64,000 bases of DNA, taken from Lingula anatina (taxonomy: Eukaryota; Animalia; Brachiopoda). The position numbers were made by a program, and so were the translations under genes. The notes under the pieces are model-generated. The model was not told the DNA's origin. It ran no database searches and was given only the letters and a program-made list of their open reading frames with translations. This document shows positions 1 through 13,500 of this stretch, piece after piece. The stretch is taken from positions 12,710,001 through 12,774,000 of the forward strand of contig CM120645.1 in NCBI GenBank assembly GCA_051362555.1, written 5' to 3'. Each line of letters starts with the position of its first letter. Positions within the stretch are counted from its first letter, which is position 1.

Positions 1-601
1 TAAGTTGTGAAGGAGAGAGAACAGTACATTTTACTACAAGGAGTAAGTTGTCATGGAGAGAGAACAGTACATTTTACTACAAGGAGTAAGTTGTGAAGGA
101 GAGAGAACAGTACATTTTACTACAAGGAGCAAGTTGTGAAGGAGAGAGAACAGTACATTTTACTACAAGGAACAAGTTGTGAAGGAGAGAGAACAGTACA
201 TTTTACTACAAGGAACAAGTTGTGAAGGAGAGAGAACAGTACATTTTACTACAAGGAGTAAGTTGTGAAGGAGAGAGAACAGTACATTTTACTACAAGGA
301 GCAAGTTGTGAAGGAGAGAGAACAGTACATTTTACTACAAGGAACAAGTTGTGAAGGAGAGAGAACAGTACATTTTACTACAAGGAGTAAGTTGTGAAGG
401 AGAGAGAACAGTACATTTTACTACAAGGAGTAAGTTGTGAAGGAGAGAGAACAGTACATTTTACTACAAGGAACAAGTTGTGAAGGAGAGAGAACAGTAC
501 ATTTTACTACAAGGAGCAAGTTGTGAAGGAGAGAGAACAGCACATTTTACTACAAGGAGTAGTTGTGAAGGAGAGAGAGCAGTACATTTTACTACAAGGA
601 A
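1..601. repeat. 43-bp minisatellite, ~14 copies (truncated by window edge), in a CADPS intron
   Basis: Unit taagttgtgaaggagagagaacagtacattttactacaaggag repeated head-to-tail with few substitutions and no spacers. Confidence 0.97.
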
Positions 602-2676
602 CATGTTGACAGATTACTAGTGAAATTCTTTACTTTACAAATGAGCTCAATTATCATTATTGGATCTCTCTACAAGAAATGAGCTGATTAATTACTTGTG
701 AAATTCTTTATGTCTTGTTTTTTTTTCCTTTTTTTTCAAAGTTTTCTAATGTCATATTGAAAGTTTATCGTTTTGACCATGCATGTTTATCAATTAGCTG
801 TTTAATCAAAATTAAGTATTTTCCCCTGCTTTTTTTTTCACAAACAATGATCCACTCCAAAAACATATACGCTGAGGCGTCATACAGTAATTTCATTAGT
901 GATAATACAATACAGATACAATAGCAACATTAAATATTCAAAGGCATCATATGTTACAGTAATGTGTATCAATAAAATATTTTATTTTCATAATAATACA
1001 AAAGTTTTCGTAAGCTATTACTTTCATTTAATGCACCTGGACTTCATTTCTTTTGAATAGCCTCATTCACCGATACTTCGAATATACCTTTTAATTGCAC
1101 AGTGACAATTATTGTATAAATTTAACCCTTTTAGACTGCCAATGGTAAATAAATCATGACTAGCACAAATTTAATAGAGTAAATATCAAATGGAAATACC
1201 ACAGAAGGCAGAAAGGAAATATTGATAAAACATCTGGGAATTGTTCAGGTATTAGGTAACTGGGCTGTTTCACAGCACTAATAATCATTGGGGCTATGAA
1301 AATTTAATTTCACCTTTTACGCAACACAGACTGCAATGAGCAGGTTTCAAAACAAGCAGAAAAGAAGAAGTGATCCCCTGACTTGTTAAATATCAAGATA
1401 TATATCCCTTATCACCAGTGAGAACAGTTTATTGTCGCTTGCATTATTCTTGGTCACCACCATAAATACAAGCCTCCCAGCCTCTAATTTGACACCAATT
1501 TACCAAATAGTCTTAGTTATCAAACAAATTCAATATATCTGGATGTGAGCATCTTGAATAAATCAATACATGAAAACCTGAGTCCAAACAGATATTGAAA
1601 TCACTCAAGCAATGGTAGAAAAGTCTGCAACAACATTAATACGGAGACCAGTAATCACATTAGGAAACCCACATGTCTCCAGGCAATTGGGGAAACCAGC
1701 TCCTACCTCCCCTCGGGGCCAGCTATTCAGTGGGGCCCACTGGTCTGAATATTTCATCGAGAAAGTAATTTAAAACAAATATGCATTTCTACCAGTCTTC
1801 TTTTTATGTGTCTTGGTGCATGGTGCAGTTTAAAAATGGGCCGTCACCAAATCTGAGTGACAGAATTTCATGCACAGATGTATCTCTGATAAAAGTGCGC
1901 TTCAATATTTGGCGAAAGGGGGGGGGGGTCTATATGAGAAACATTTTTGACACTGCACCTGATAAATCAATTTACACAGTCATTCCAATCTCTCTAGTTT
2001 TGTAACCTACTTATGTCATCTAGAACACTTTGTCCTGTTTGCTCTTTTTTTTTATTTCTGACCTACAGTTGTACTTTTTAACAAGACATGTACACAGTCA
2101 CACTTTATTTTACGTAACCTCTGCATAAGAAATTCAGCTTTGTCCAATAGCAGTGCTAACATTAGGCAATCAGCAAGCTAATAGAGACGAAATCTATTGA
2201 CCAGCGTAGCTTTGAAATCAATATCAATCACTACTGAGATACTACAAGTAGACTGAAAATGAAATCAGCAACAAGTAAGACCATTTTTTAATTGATCCAT
2301 TCCTAAGTATGGTTATTATTATGTACTACTTCAAACAAACTGGAGCTACAGACCCCCTCTATCCCAAGTGGTCCAACTGAGTTTAAGATGCATCTACATC
2401 CAAGTTGGCCCTGCCAAACTCTGTACACTCAAATAACAATTAGTAGTGATTTTTTATCCACAGGCTATGAATACACTCTATGGCCTTTTAGCACCGACTT
2501 TTTTTATGGTTATAATCATGGTATGAAGCCTTAGATTTCCTTCCATGAGCACAAAACCGACTGCAAGCAATTTCCAGGAAAACCTAGAAGACACTTTCTA
2601 GACACGGCTTGTTTTCCGATCATGTAACTTCTATATCTCCATAAATTTTAGTGTTAGACGACATTAAATTTATAGA

Positions 2677-2678
<2 letters not shown>

Positions 2679-2732
<54 letters not shown>

Positions 2733-2745
2733 TGAGAGAGAGAGA
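2679..2745. repeat. (TG)n/(GA)n compound microsatellite
   Basis: Read directly from sequence. Confidence 0.95.
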
Positions 2746-2762
2746 TTAACAAACTAGTCAAG

Positions 2763-2895
2763 TAGGGATGAGGCTTTTTGGCTCCCAAAAATTTAGAAAT
2801 CTGCTGAAAGTCTGAAAAATCTTATAACTGTTGTAAGCACCAACACCACCCAAAAAGACGGAAACCCACCACTAGACGGAAAAATCTCATTCCTG
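2763..2895. mobile_element. Degenerate small MITE-like element
   Basis: Imperfect terminal inverted repeats tagggatgag / ctcattcctg; a related sequence at ~35525-35592; no clean TSD. Confidence 0.4.
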
Positions 2896-3959
2896 AGTAA
2901 TAAATTGTGACGTATATCGAGGTTAATTTTAATGATACTGCCTCCGAGTTCCTTGTCAAAGCATTCACAACAATTTAGTCATGAAAAAAACAACTGTCAG
3001 GTCACAAACGTCATGAGAAACTTGTTTCAGGCTAACAGGCAATTAGTTTCCACCACAATCAATATCTTAACTCAAATAAATGATAAAAGTGGATGAACAG
3101 CATCCTGTTTTTATCTGATATCAAATTATTTTAACCATCCTTAGAATTTCAAAATCTCTTGTGATGGCAATTTTAACTCCTACAATCTTTGAAATCCATA
3201 ATTATTATGAACTATTCGACAATGGCTCTAACACACAAATAAAACATTTCTCTTACTAGTTTCAGATCACAATTCTGGCATTAATTCAAGTCAAATCTAT
3301 ACAACAGACATAACCTACAACTGCAGCTATATGTAACTGCCTGTCTTTAATACCACATGTATCTATCATTATTCCACGAGGACTACTTCAATTAAAAGAA
3401 TGCGTAGGGCAGAACCATCCATCTGGACTAGAGACATGCTGGGAATTTTTTCACTTGAGACTAAAAAGTACTTTGGTTAAGAAAAAAAATTTTTTTTTTT
3501 AATTTGAATGAATTTAACCTGTTCTTAGGCTACCTTACTGAAAAACAACAACAACATAAAAAAAAATCCTGATAGGGCTTGTGCTTTTTTTTTTGTACAG
3601 CTAAGGACTTGAATTTTGGTTCACAAACACATTTTATTTAACTGCTATCTTCCACATGCAATCCAAAGGTACTAATCCCCCCAGGAAGTATCAATCAAAT
3701 ATGTCAATCTTGGCGTGTTAACATCTCGTGGACATGACACAGGTAATTCCAGCAATCAAAACTCGAGGAAATATAGCTCCAAGAAATACAAAAAAAAAAA
3801 AAAAAAAAATCTTAATAATGATATGATATTATACTTGATAAAATGTCACAACAAAGTGGTAACAGTTTTGAAGCGAATGGATGCAAACTGTAAAATCATT
3901 ACCATCTAGACACACTATGAAGAGTGCAATATTTATGTTTATCATATGAGTGAGTCTGT

Positions 3960-3960
3960 T

Positions 3961-3998
<38 letters not shown>

Positions 3999-4005
3999 TG
4001 TGTGA
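3960..4005. repeat. (TC)n(TG)n microsatellite
   Basis: Read directly from sequence. Confidence 0.95.
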
Positions 4006-4494
4006 GACAGACAGAGAGAAAGGGAGGGAGGGCAAACAGGGAGGTTAGGCGAAACAAACATCCCTTCCACTTTTCTAAGAACTTGTAGAAGCCTCCCTAC
4101 ATGTATATTCAATAAAAAGTGACAAAAATCAATCAAAAGAAATGAACATTCTTGTTGTTTCTGCCACGTCACTACAGTGGCCATGTTCTCTTCACAATCA
4201 ATACCACACCAGGGGATACCACGCACAGCTCTAAGGAGCACAGCTACATGGAAGATGGATTATTTTGACAATTCCCAACATACTTCTGTAATCTAAGGAA
4301 AAATAACATGACTGATCTTTAAATCATGAGATGTACTTGAATACAGCACATCATGGTTCAGTTTTATACCACATGGGGGGGGGGGGGGGAGAACTGTGGA
4401 TGCTTCTTTATCAAAGAGTACAGGGTGCATCCAATATGGCAGCCAAATCTAATATGGTTACCAGTGAGAGATATATGGAGTGCTACTCCCTTAC

Positions 4495-4585
4495 CTCTAG
4501 AGTAAATGACAAGACCACATCAAGCTTTGAGAGACCTGGATCATCATCATTGACCTCCATCTTTGAGATAGCTGGGTTTTGGGTT
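4495..4585 (-). CDS. CADPS: CADPS coding exon 4
   Basis: Acceptor ttttctttttcag, donor gtaag; phase 2 to 0; encodes [30 protein letters not shown] (start of the C2 region); not in the ORF track. Confidence 0.9.
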
Positions 4586-7500
4586 CTGAAAAAGAAAATG
4601 GAATTATGATAAGGACAACTCCAAAAGTATCAAACGTGAAAAAGAAAGCACTTCTCTCATTTGACAAAGACTTCACATTTTGCTGATAATTATTTATGAA
4701 CTATAAAAAGAAATACTAGATAGCTTTTGAATTTCATGTTTAATTGCAATAATGAAAAGGGCAGTGTGCAAATTGACGGAAATGTTTTCAATATGTCTAG
4801 TTGGTTATTGAAACTTTTTGATGTCTCACTTGATATAGTCAGTAAACCTTAGTTTTTCAAATGTGTAGCACTTAATTGAAAACAGCACATACACTTCACT
4901 TGCATCTAGGACATTACCACTTAAAGACAAGGCAGCAAAGCTGTCAAATGTACAGACAAAAAGCAGGAAATAACAAAATAGGCTACTGTCAATTCTGATG
5001 CAAAAGTACATTATGTTAAACTGCAAATTCAACATCAAATTTTAATTATGCTCAACAGGTAATACCAATGTAAGTTAAATGTGAAACAAGCATAAGGCTT
5101 CAGGCCCATGGGAGTTCAAGTTCACACTTTGAAAATGTAAAACTTCCAGAAAAAGAAGTCAATTAGACTGCTTTTCCAACTCAGGCTGCATTTTAGTCCT
5201 GTATTTCTTTTTTGAAAGTTTGGCAATCATAAGAAACATGGTTTTCCCATAATGGTCATCATGGCAGCAGCACCCAAAATTGTGTTTTCTTCTATTCTGA
5301 TGCAATATTACATAATGGTTAACAGCATAATGACAATCAATTTTTAATAACAAAATATATGTATCATGGATTTTCAGAAAATGTGACTAGCCTGGGTCTT
5401 CAAGCCTGTGGAACTTAAAAGTCACACCTTGAAAATGCCAATATGTGAAAAATTAAATTTTCACAAAAAAACTGTTTATCTGGCAGATTGCATTGCCTAC
5501 TGCAGCTGTATTTTAGTCCCATGTTTCTTTCCTGTAAGTTTGAGAACAGTAAGTGACATGGTTTTTCTTAAAAGGTAATCATGGGAGCAGTGCCCAAAAT
5601 AGGTTTTTTTTCAAATTTTGATGCAATATTACATAATGTTTAACAGCATAATGACCATCAATTTTTAATAATAAAATATTAGTATCATGGATATTCAGAA
5701 AATGTGACTAGCAAAGGTCTTCAGGCCCATGGAACTTCAAAGTCACAACTTGAAAATGCCAAAATGTAAACAAGACAGCACTGTTCTGAAATGTTTTTTT
5801 CCCCATTTTTAACAATTTTTAACATAAAACAAAATGAACAGTTTACTGCCATTTTTATATGATCAACTAAGAAAATTGATGAGATGAGAGAAGTATCAAT
5901 AGAGCAGTGTTAAATGTCCAATTTCTTCCATTCTGAGATTCTGAACATAGTGAATGATTGAATCTGACAAATTGCAATGATATGAGTTTATTTCCATTTT
6001 TGAAACTTTATTACACAATACACGATAACATGTTTACCATCATTTTTACAAAATCAACTAACAATGTTGTAAAGATGCAGGAAATGTCAAACAAACACTT
6101 TCACGTATCTTATTAGTTTAAACATAAGACTGTTAACATGCCTAAAAACTGAATCTGTGGAAATGTGAAAAAACAGCATACCTTCTACAATAACGGCACG
6201 ATTATGCTGATTTACGAACTCAACCTGCATTTTAGTAAAATTGACCACTCCTGTGACTTTCATGACAATTGGCCCATCTGTTTTTCTTATATTGTGTTTA
6301 CAGTGTTGCATATATGCTGAAAAGAGTAAAAAACAGTAAAACTAGTAAAATAGTGGCCCGATCATGCCGATTTTCGAACTTGATCTGCGTTTTAGTAAGA
6401 CTGATTACTCCTGTGAGTTTCATGACAACAGGCCTATCGGTTTTCCTTGAAATGTGTTAACAGTGTTGCATATATGCTAAAAAGTGAAAAAACAGCATAA
6501 ATTCTACAATAATGGCCCGATCATGCTGAATTTCGAACTTGACCCGCGTTTTATGAATATTAGTCAGCTCTGTAAATATAAAGCCAAAAAGTAAAACTGT
6601 CTTCCACTTATGGTGTTAACGCTGAAAGTGCACGGCGACGGCGACAGCGACGGCGACATGATCGGCGACGGCGACGGCGACGACAGACGCAGGTGATGGC
6701 AATATGTACAGACACATCTGTGTCTGTACATAAAAAAAGTAGTAATAAATTAATTATTAATTATAACAAATATACCTAGCTACACGGTTATATTTCTTGA
6801 TTTTGGATAAGGAATATTTGGACTCTGTGCTGCCTTTTGAGACGGGGAGGCTTTCTAAGTTTGCCTTGAGAAGACTGATTGAGATTTTAAGCTCATCAAT
6901 GTACATGCTCTCCATTTCCTTGACCACAAACCGCGGGTACCTTCGAGTCTGAAATAAAGAGGTGTTCATTACACTGCACATTTTTATTAATGTCAACTTA
7001 AACTGGGTTCCCATGCCTAGATCGATCCTTCTGGATAGGTCTAACTCCCTGGGGAGTCTCCCTAAATTGCTAAATGGCCTAATGTCTGTCACATCTGCTG
7101 AATCAGCTAGGGGGTAAAGATAATTACCCCCAAACAGCTTTACTAGGTATGACAGACATTTAAGCCGGTTAACTTGATAGCAATTTAGTGAGACTCCCCA
7201 GGGAGATAGATCAATCCAAATATCTGTGGGAATGGTCCCTTAGACTGGGTTCCCATGATACCTTAATCGATCTAACTGGATAGATCCATCTCTGAGGGGT
7301 TTCTTGCTAAATTTCTTTCAGCTTCAGCAGCTTAGATTTCTGGCACACCTACTGAAGCTGTAAACTATAATTAATTACCCCCTAGCAGCTTCAGTAGGCG
7401 TGACAAACATCTAAACCACTTAAGTTGATTGCAATTAAGCGAGAATCCCTTCAGAGATAGATTGATCCACACTTAGTATGATAGGGTCTGTGAATGGTCC

Positions 7501-10500
7501 CTTACTCGATAGAACATGGCAGTGTTAAACAATATAAATTTTTCAGATCAATACTTGTTATCAGTGAAATGATGTGGTGTATTCCAATGCTGAAATTAGA
7601 CTTGATCTAATAACATATTAAGGTATAAGACAAACATCTTAATAGCTATGGTTTAAATTGTTTCCCTGATGTAACTATTCATCATGCTTGATATGTATAA
7701 AGAGATACTGTCTTTACCACAATATGCAATGTAAAATTGGAAATAAAGTACTAGTACACGATGTGAGTACTTTAACTCCTAATACCCTGTCTGAGTTTAT
7801 ATTAAAAATATTGTATATATGTTTGAGTGTAAGGAATTAGAACATAAATATTATTTACCCTACAAAAAACATAAGAAAACAAAAGAAATTCAATCAAACT
7901 CTAGCTTTGTTTGCTGTTTTTATTTCGATGTCACCTGTGTGTACACTCACCAGCGCCATCTTGTGCACCATTTGTAACCTTCCCTCCAGTTCGCGGCGTA
8001 CCTGCGCTGCTTGCTCATCAGCATTGTCAAGCTGCGAAAGAAAATAACACTCATCAGTGAGTATTAAATGATTTCTACATAAAAATGACAAATCATTATG
8101 AAATTTCTTCACTCATCAGTTGCTGTTATGAGTGAAAATTAGTTCAACATTATCCTAGCAAAGGCCAAATGTAGCATGCATTCACATAAAATGCATACAA
8201 AAATTCTTGTTAACATTTGTCTTTAATTTCCTGATAACCATAACCATCATTTCCAGAAATACAATTTGTCGATTCAAGAGTAAGCTCTCAAAATGTAAGC
8301 GATTATCACAGATGTTACGTTATAAATGCCACAGATATGGCCCAATTGATTTCATAATTCACCTGTAGCACTTAAATCTTGATAAGAACTATATTAATAC
8401 CTGTGTCAAGATATGAGCCAACCCCATCTTTCCCTACACACAATATTACATTACAAAGGTGTAATGTGCCCTCATGGGCCAATAATGCAAAGCTTACGAA
8501 TAAATCATTTATTTGAACTTCTATTTGCAATACTACATATTAGAGTACAAATATCTCATGTGCCTTTGAAACTTCCCTTAATTTAACAGGCCGTATATCA
8601 TGAATATACTACAGTAATCAAGATTGATTTTTCTTCAGTTGTCGTGGCAACTGTATTGAGCTTTCTCGTGCACATGTGCAATACAGACCCCATAATGTTT
8701 GTCAACCTGAAGATTTTGTGTAAACGAGATGTTGAGAGAAACCGGACAGTGCTTGCGACATGTGATGAGTTGGGAAAACGTTATGGAGAAATAATCTGGC
8801 TTTAAAATAAACTGGATTGTACCAATCTGAGTTATTTTTTTTTGGGGGGGGGGGGAGAAAAAGCTAGCAGAGAGATTACAAAATTGTATGATGTGGGTAT
8901 GCACGCATGCGTATGTGTGCACGCTTGCACAGGTCTGTGTGTTGGTGTGTCTGCACATATGTATACTTTTGCCTAAGCATGTTTGTCAGTAATTATGCTT
9001 GAGGACTGTCTAATTTGACAGATATTCAATTTTTAATGTACTAGGTGCTTTAGTATGAGAAAAAAAGTTATAAAAGGACATGTCGCAGAATGTACATAAT
9101 TGTATATTATCAAACGGCTTACCATGAATGCACTACTAGTAATGTAATTAAGTTCCACAAAAGTCTTACAAATTCAAACATTAATTGGTTGCCTTTTGTA
9201 CATTCAGATATTAGTTGGCTAATATACTTAACATAACCTCAGTAGCAATTGTTCAACTTATAATGCCTTATTATGTAGGCAATGGACTAACAGAAACATT
9301 AAATTACTGACAAAAAAATGTTCAAATAAGAAGCGTCTCTTTTCCATGGTTTGTTTTCCCCCCAAGAGCCATTATACTTATACAATTAAACTAATTGCAG
9401 TAACCTTATACATATTTTCATAATCAATTCATTGAAATTGAATACTTTGTAACATATTCAATAAGTTAAGGTTTTGAAGACACTTGTCCTTTGAATCAGC
9501 ACAAAAAAGTCATGCTTATTTCCTAAATGTCACTTGTGAACTAATGCCTTAGCAATTTGTCACTCTTTCATTTATCTGTCAGGCTGTTAATAGTGTTATA
9601 CAACATTATTTCAAACCAGTTGCTAGACTGACTTGACAATGGTCTACTGAATTTGTATACCTGACTTGGTGACACACTTTGCTGACTTATAGATCTCTAC
9701 TCTAGTGTCAGCAGCCATTTCCACTTTTATGCCTCCACAAATGTGCCACCACCACTTGCATCAAAAGTAGCATCACTGTGCTTTAAACTTTACTTGCTAC
9801 TAAAGAGCTAAAATTCCATAAACTAAAATTTTTTCAAGAAATAGCTAGGAGGTAGATTGGAAAATGAAGAGAAAAGAATGATGATTGGAAGTGTGTGTGT
9901 GGGTGGGGGGGGGGGGGGGGGGGGCGGGGATAATGGATAAAAGATGGAAGGGGAAAAGATGGGGTCATGGAAGAGATGGAAGGGGAAAAGGTGGAGTTTC
10001 AGAGGAGATGGAAAGGGAAAAGGTGGGGTCATGGGGGAGATAAAAGGGGAAAAAGCAAAATCATGGAGAAGATAGAAGAGGAAAAGGTGGGGCCATGGAA
10101 AGATGAAAGAGACAAAGGTGGGGCTGAGATTGGCAGGGAAAAAGTGGGGTCATGGAGTAAAAAACAATAGAGGGATGTTTTTCACTAAAAAAAAAACAAA
10201 ATCTAATCACAACCAGAATCAGACCATCACGAAAGACATCTTTTATCTAGTCTGCAGCCTACGGTTAATTGAAATACCTTTAAGACTTCTTGAAAAAAGG
10301 GCAATGCAGCACTTAAAGGTGTTCTCAAGGGACAGGATACAGGCTGTTTGAAAGGGTTCACAGGGATATTGGCCAGATCAAAGATTTGAATCCAGAATAT
10401 CAAAGGCTTCATCACGCTACAGGCTTATTTGAAGTGGACGACATCCAAGCTACCATAGCTAATACATTATCCAGACTGTAGTTCATGTACCTTGTACATT

Positions 10501-13500
10501 TTTATGGTTATATGCAGAACCAGCATTTTTTTTATTTTTTGTTCCAATGGGATACAACAATGTCTTTCTTTTTAAATACAAGCTCAGATAACATCAAGAT
10601 CACTGATGTATTTCATCTAAGTCCATTTTCTTCAACAATTCAAATGTTGCCAGAAAAACTTCACCATTATGTCTGGTAGACACAAAATTATCTTTGGTCA
10701 AAAATTTTTTCATATATATATATATAAAGACTCCACCAAAAGAATAAAAAAAAAAAAAAAAAAGAACAAAAAAACTGGGCAAGGCTATTGATTTCTCGGT
10801 TCTCTCCATTCCATTTCTTATCTGGCATAATTACAAAAAGGAAACAAAATCTGACAGCAATCATGGTCTGTTCCCTCACGAGGACTCTGTAATCACCAGT
10901 AACTCCACAGTACCATTAATCATAGAAGGGAGAATCCCGCTCACCAGTCAGCCAACCATGCAATGTTTCTCCATGGGCAATTGCTCAGAGGATTGACCTA
11001 TTTGTTTTTCTTGTATCAAGTTGAAAGCCTAAATAAGACTTACACTTCTTTCGCATTTGTCAAGGATGGTAATGCAAGAGGACAGACAATGCTATTTGTC
11101 TTTCTTGGGTAAAAAGATTTGCCATATAAATGGGGTTTCCATGTCCAATATCAGACTTAAATGCTAGCTGCTCAGCAAGAGTACATCTCAAATTATGTTT
11201 CAAGTATGTTTAAATATTAATCAATATAAGCTAGCTTTAACGTTTAATATAACGCCCCCATCTCCGATAACCTCTTTCAGTAGTTGACAGCCATCTAATC
11301 TTATACCAATATATCAAAAGTGAACTATAGATTCTGAATAGATTGAAAGATATGAAAATCTTATCATTTCAACAGTTAATCTGATCACTTTTTCTTCAAT
11401 TCCTAATGAGCTTCTTCTAGAAGAACTAAATTATTATTTTCACACTATTTATGGTGTTTTTACATGTTTCAAACAATTTTTCTCTCCAAACAAACAAAAA
11501 ATGCTGTTGTCCAAACAGGAAATTATCTGAAAGGAGAGACAACTCATGTGACAATCCACCAAGGCTTTAAAGGCCTTGCTTACACAACCATACACGGATG
11601 TGAGGATGTACGTGTACAGTTCTGATTGAACATGAACAGATCATATGCACGTTTTTTCCGATCATGTGCATGTTGTCTCCGGTTTAATCCATTTCTATCG
11701 CTTAAATGGGAAGCTCTGTCATATCTTTCTCACTAGGTTAAGGCTGTAGAATATACAGTACATGATCTCATTTCTTTAGGGGGTATGGAGACCAGTGTTG
11801 CCTTGAAATGATGATCATGGCCCATGGGTCTCTGAAGAGATGTCAGAGAAAATAGAAACCCATGTAGATCTGACCCCGTAGTTCTAATTCCCCAGTCATA
11901 TTTAATTCTTATCAATGCATTATGGTAAACATATCGTAGAAACAACATACAGGACACTAAAGGGAAAATTTTAATTGAAGGAATTTGCCCAGGGTTCTCT
12001 TTAAAGTCTGCCTTTACAAGATTTTTCCACTAAATTGAAATTTTCCTCGAAAAAATAGACAAAAAAAAAATCTCTCTAATTTACCAATCATTGCTTGACC
12101 CATTCCTGCACTTGGATTCAACGTTTACTAGCAAATTCATTTTCTAAAATAAACTAATTCAGTTAAATTTTTCCAATAACATTTAGATTGCCATGTCTTC
12201 CTGTATATTTCTGAAGAAAATAATGACATCAGGTACATTTATTTAAGGTTTTTAACCGTTTCTAAGGTCCGAACTCAAACAGAAAAGTAGCTTTGTTGGA
12301 TACGTATACAAAGAAAATATGAAAATGGGATAATTTCAAATGCACATTGTATTTTTAAGTACTAACTGGCCATCGTTCTATAAAGGCCGAATCTCAAATA
12401 TCTCCAATACAAGTAAATGCACATCTTTTAGACCAAATTTCATGTCTTTAATTGAAGCAGAGTAAGAGAGTAAAGATACGTGCACCCCTAAGATATTTTT
12501 GGCTTCAAAGAAAATGTTAATTAGAGCAGGTAATCTTATTTTACTAAAGAAAGTGAATGCTACGAGCTGTTACGGGTGCACTGATCACTTGGTATTACCT
12601 AAGGGGCTCCTTAATTGAACCGAGGTTAAGCCGGTTTATCTAAAAAGACCCATTTATTTTATACCACACAGGAAAATATGTAGGATTATCTAAAAGGACC
12701 CATTTATTTCATCTCACGAAAAGGGCGATTTGTGTAATCTATCACAAGGCAATTGACGTAACACTTTGTTTGTGCATTCCATCCAAGCAATTCTTAGAAA
12801 ATGTGTTCGTGTTTCAGACAAGCTTTGGTTAATCAACTTTGGTAAGGCAGGAAGGGGATTTTAGAAGCAAGTGATTTTTCAGGCACAAACTTCTGTAGAA
12901 GTGTGTGTATGTGTGTGGGTGTTACTATATAATATGTGTGTTACTGGGCATGTGTGTGTGTGTGGGTGTGTGTACGAAAGGAGGTAAGAAGGTGACAGAA
13001 GAAACGAAGGGAAAAAAGAGATTTTGACTAAAAATCCACCAAACTTTTATTGAAATTAGCTTATGGCAGCTCCTTCGTACTAACAAAACATAAAAAGATA
13101 TGTGGCACATACCCAGTAGAGGTGACATGATTAGACGTAACATCACTACAGTTATTGCCCATGTAGCACAACCAATCAATGGCAAATGGCTCTCCCTGGA
13201 TAGCTGGATGCCCGATCTCCTCCACGGATTGGTATAGCATGATTATCAAGTTTCTGAATGTTTAAGGAATCAATGAAACTGTCTGACTCATGTATTCATC
13301 ACCAACATCCCAGATGCCAGGCAAGTGAGGGTTATACATCACCAAGAGGTGAAACTGGGGGCAAATTAACCAGCCAGCCATGGGGAAATGACTTAGGACC
13401 AGGAGATAGGAGACACCCACTCTTCTGTGTGTCGGTCAGAGTGGCAAAAATACACATGGTCTTGTATCATCCACTGATGTTCTTAAGTACCCTTCTGCTG

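Noticed and set aside
1-601. CRISPR-like array
   Set aside because: No unique spacers and no cas genes; it is a plain tandem repeat in a eukaryotic intron.
600-4494. Next CADPS exon (VVxMEV... C2 domain)
   Set aside because: Searched by eye on the minus strand and not found; presumably left of the window, though a small exon could have been missed.
8762-8830. C/D-box snoRNA-like GTGATGA...CTGA
   Set aside because: On the strand opposite the host transcript, with no convincing terminal stem and no recognisable rRNA guide.
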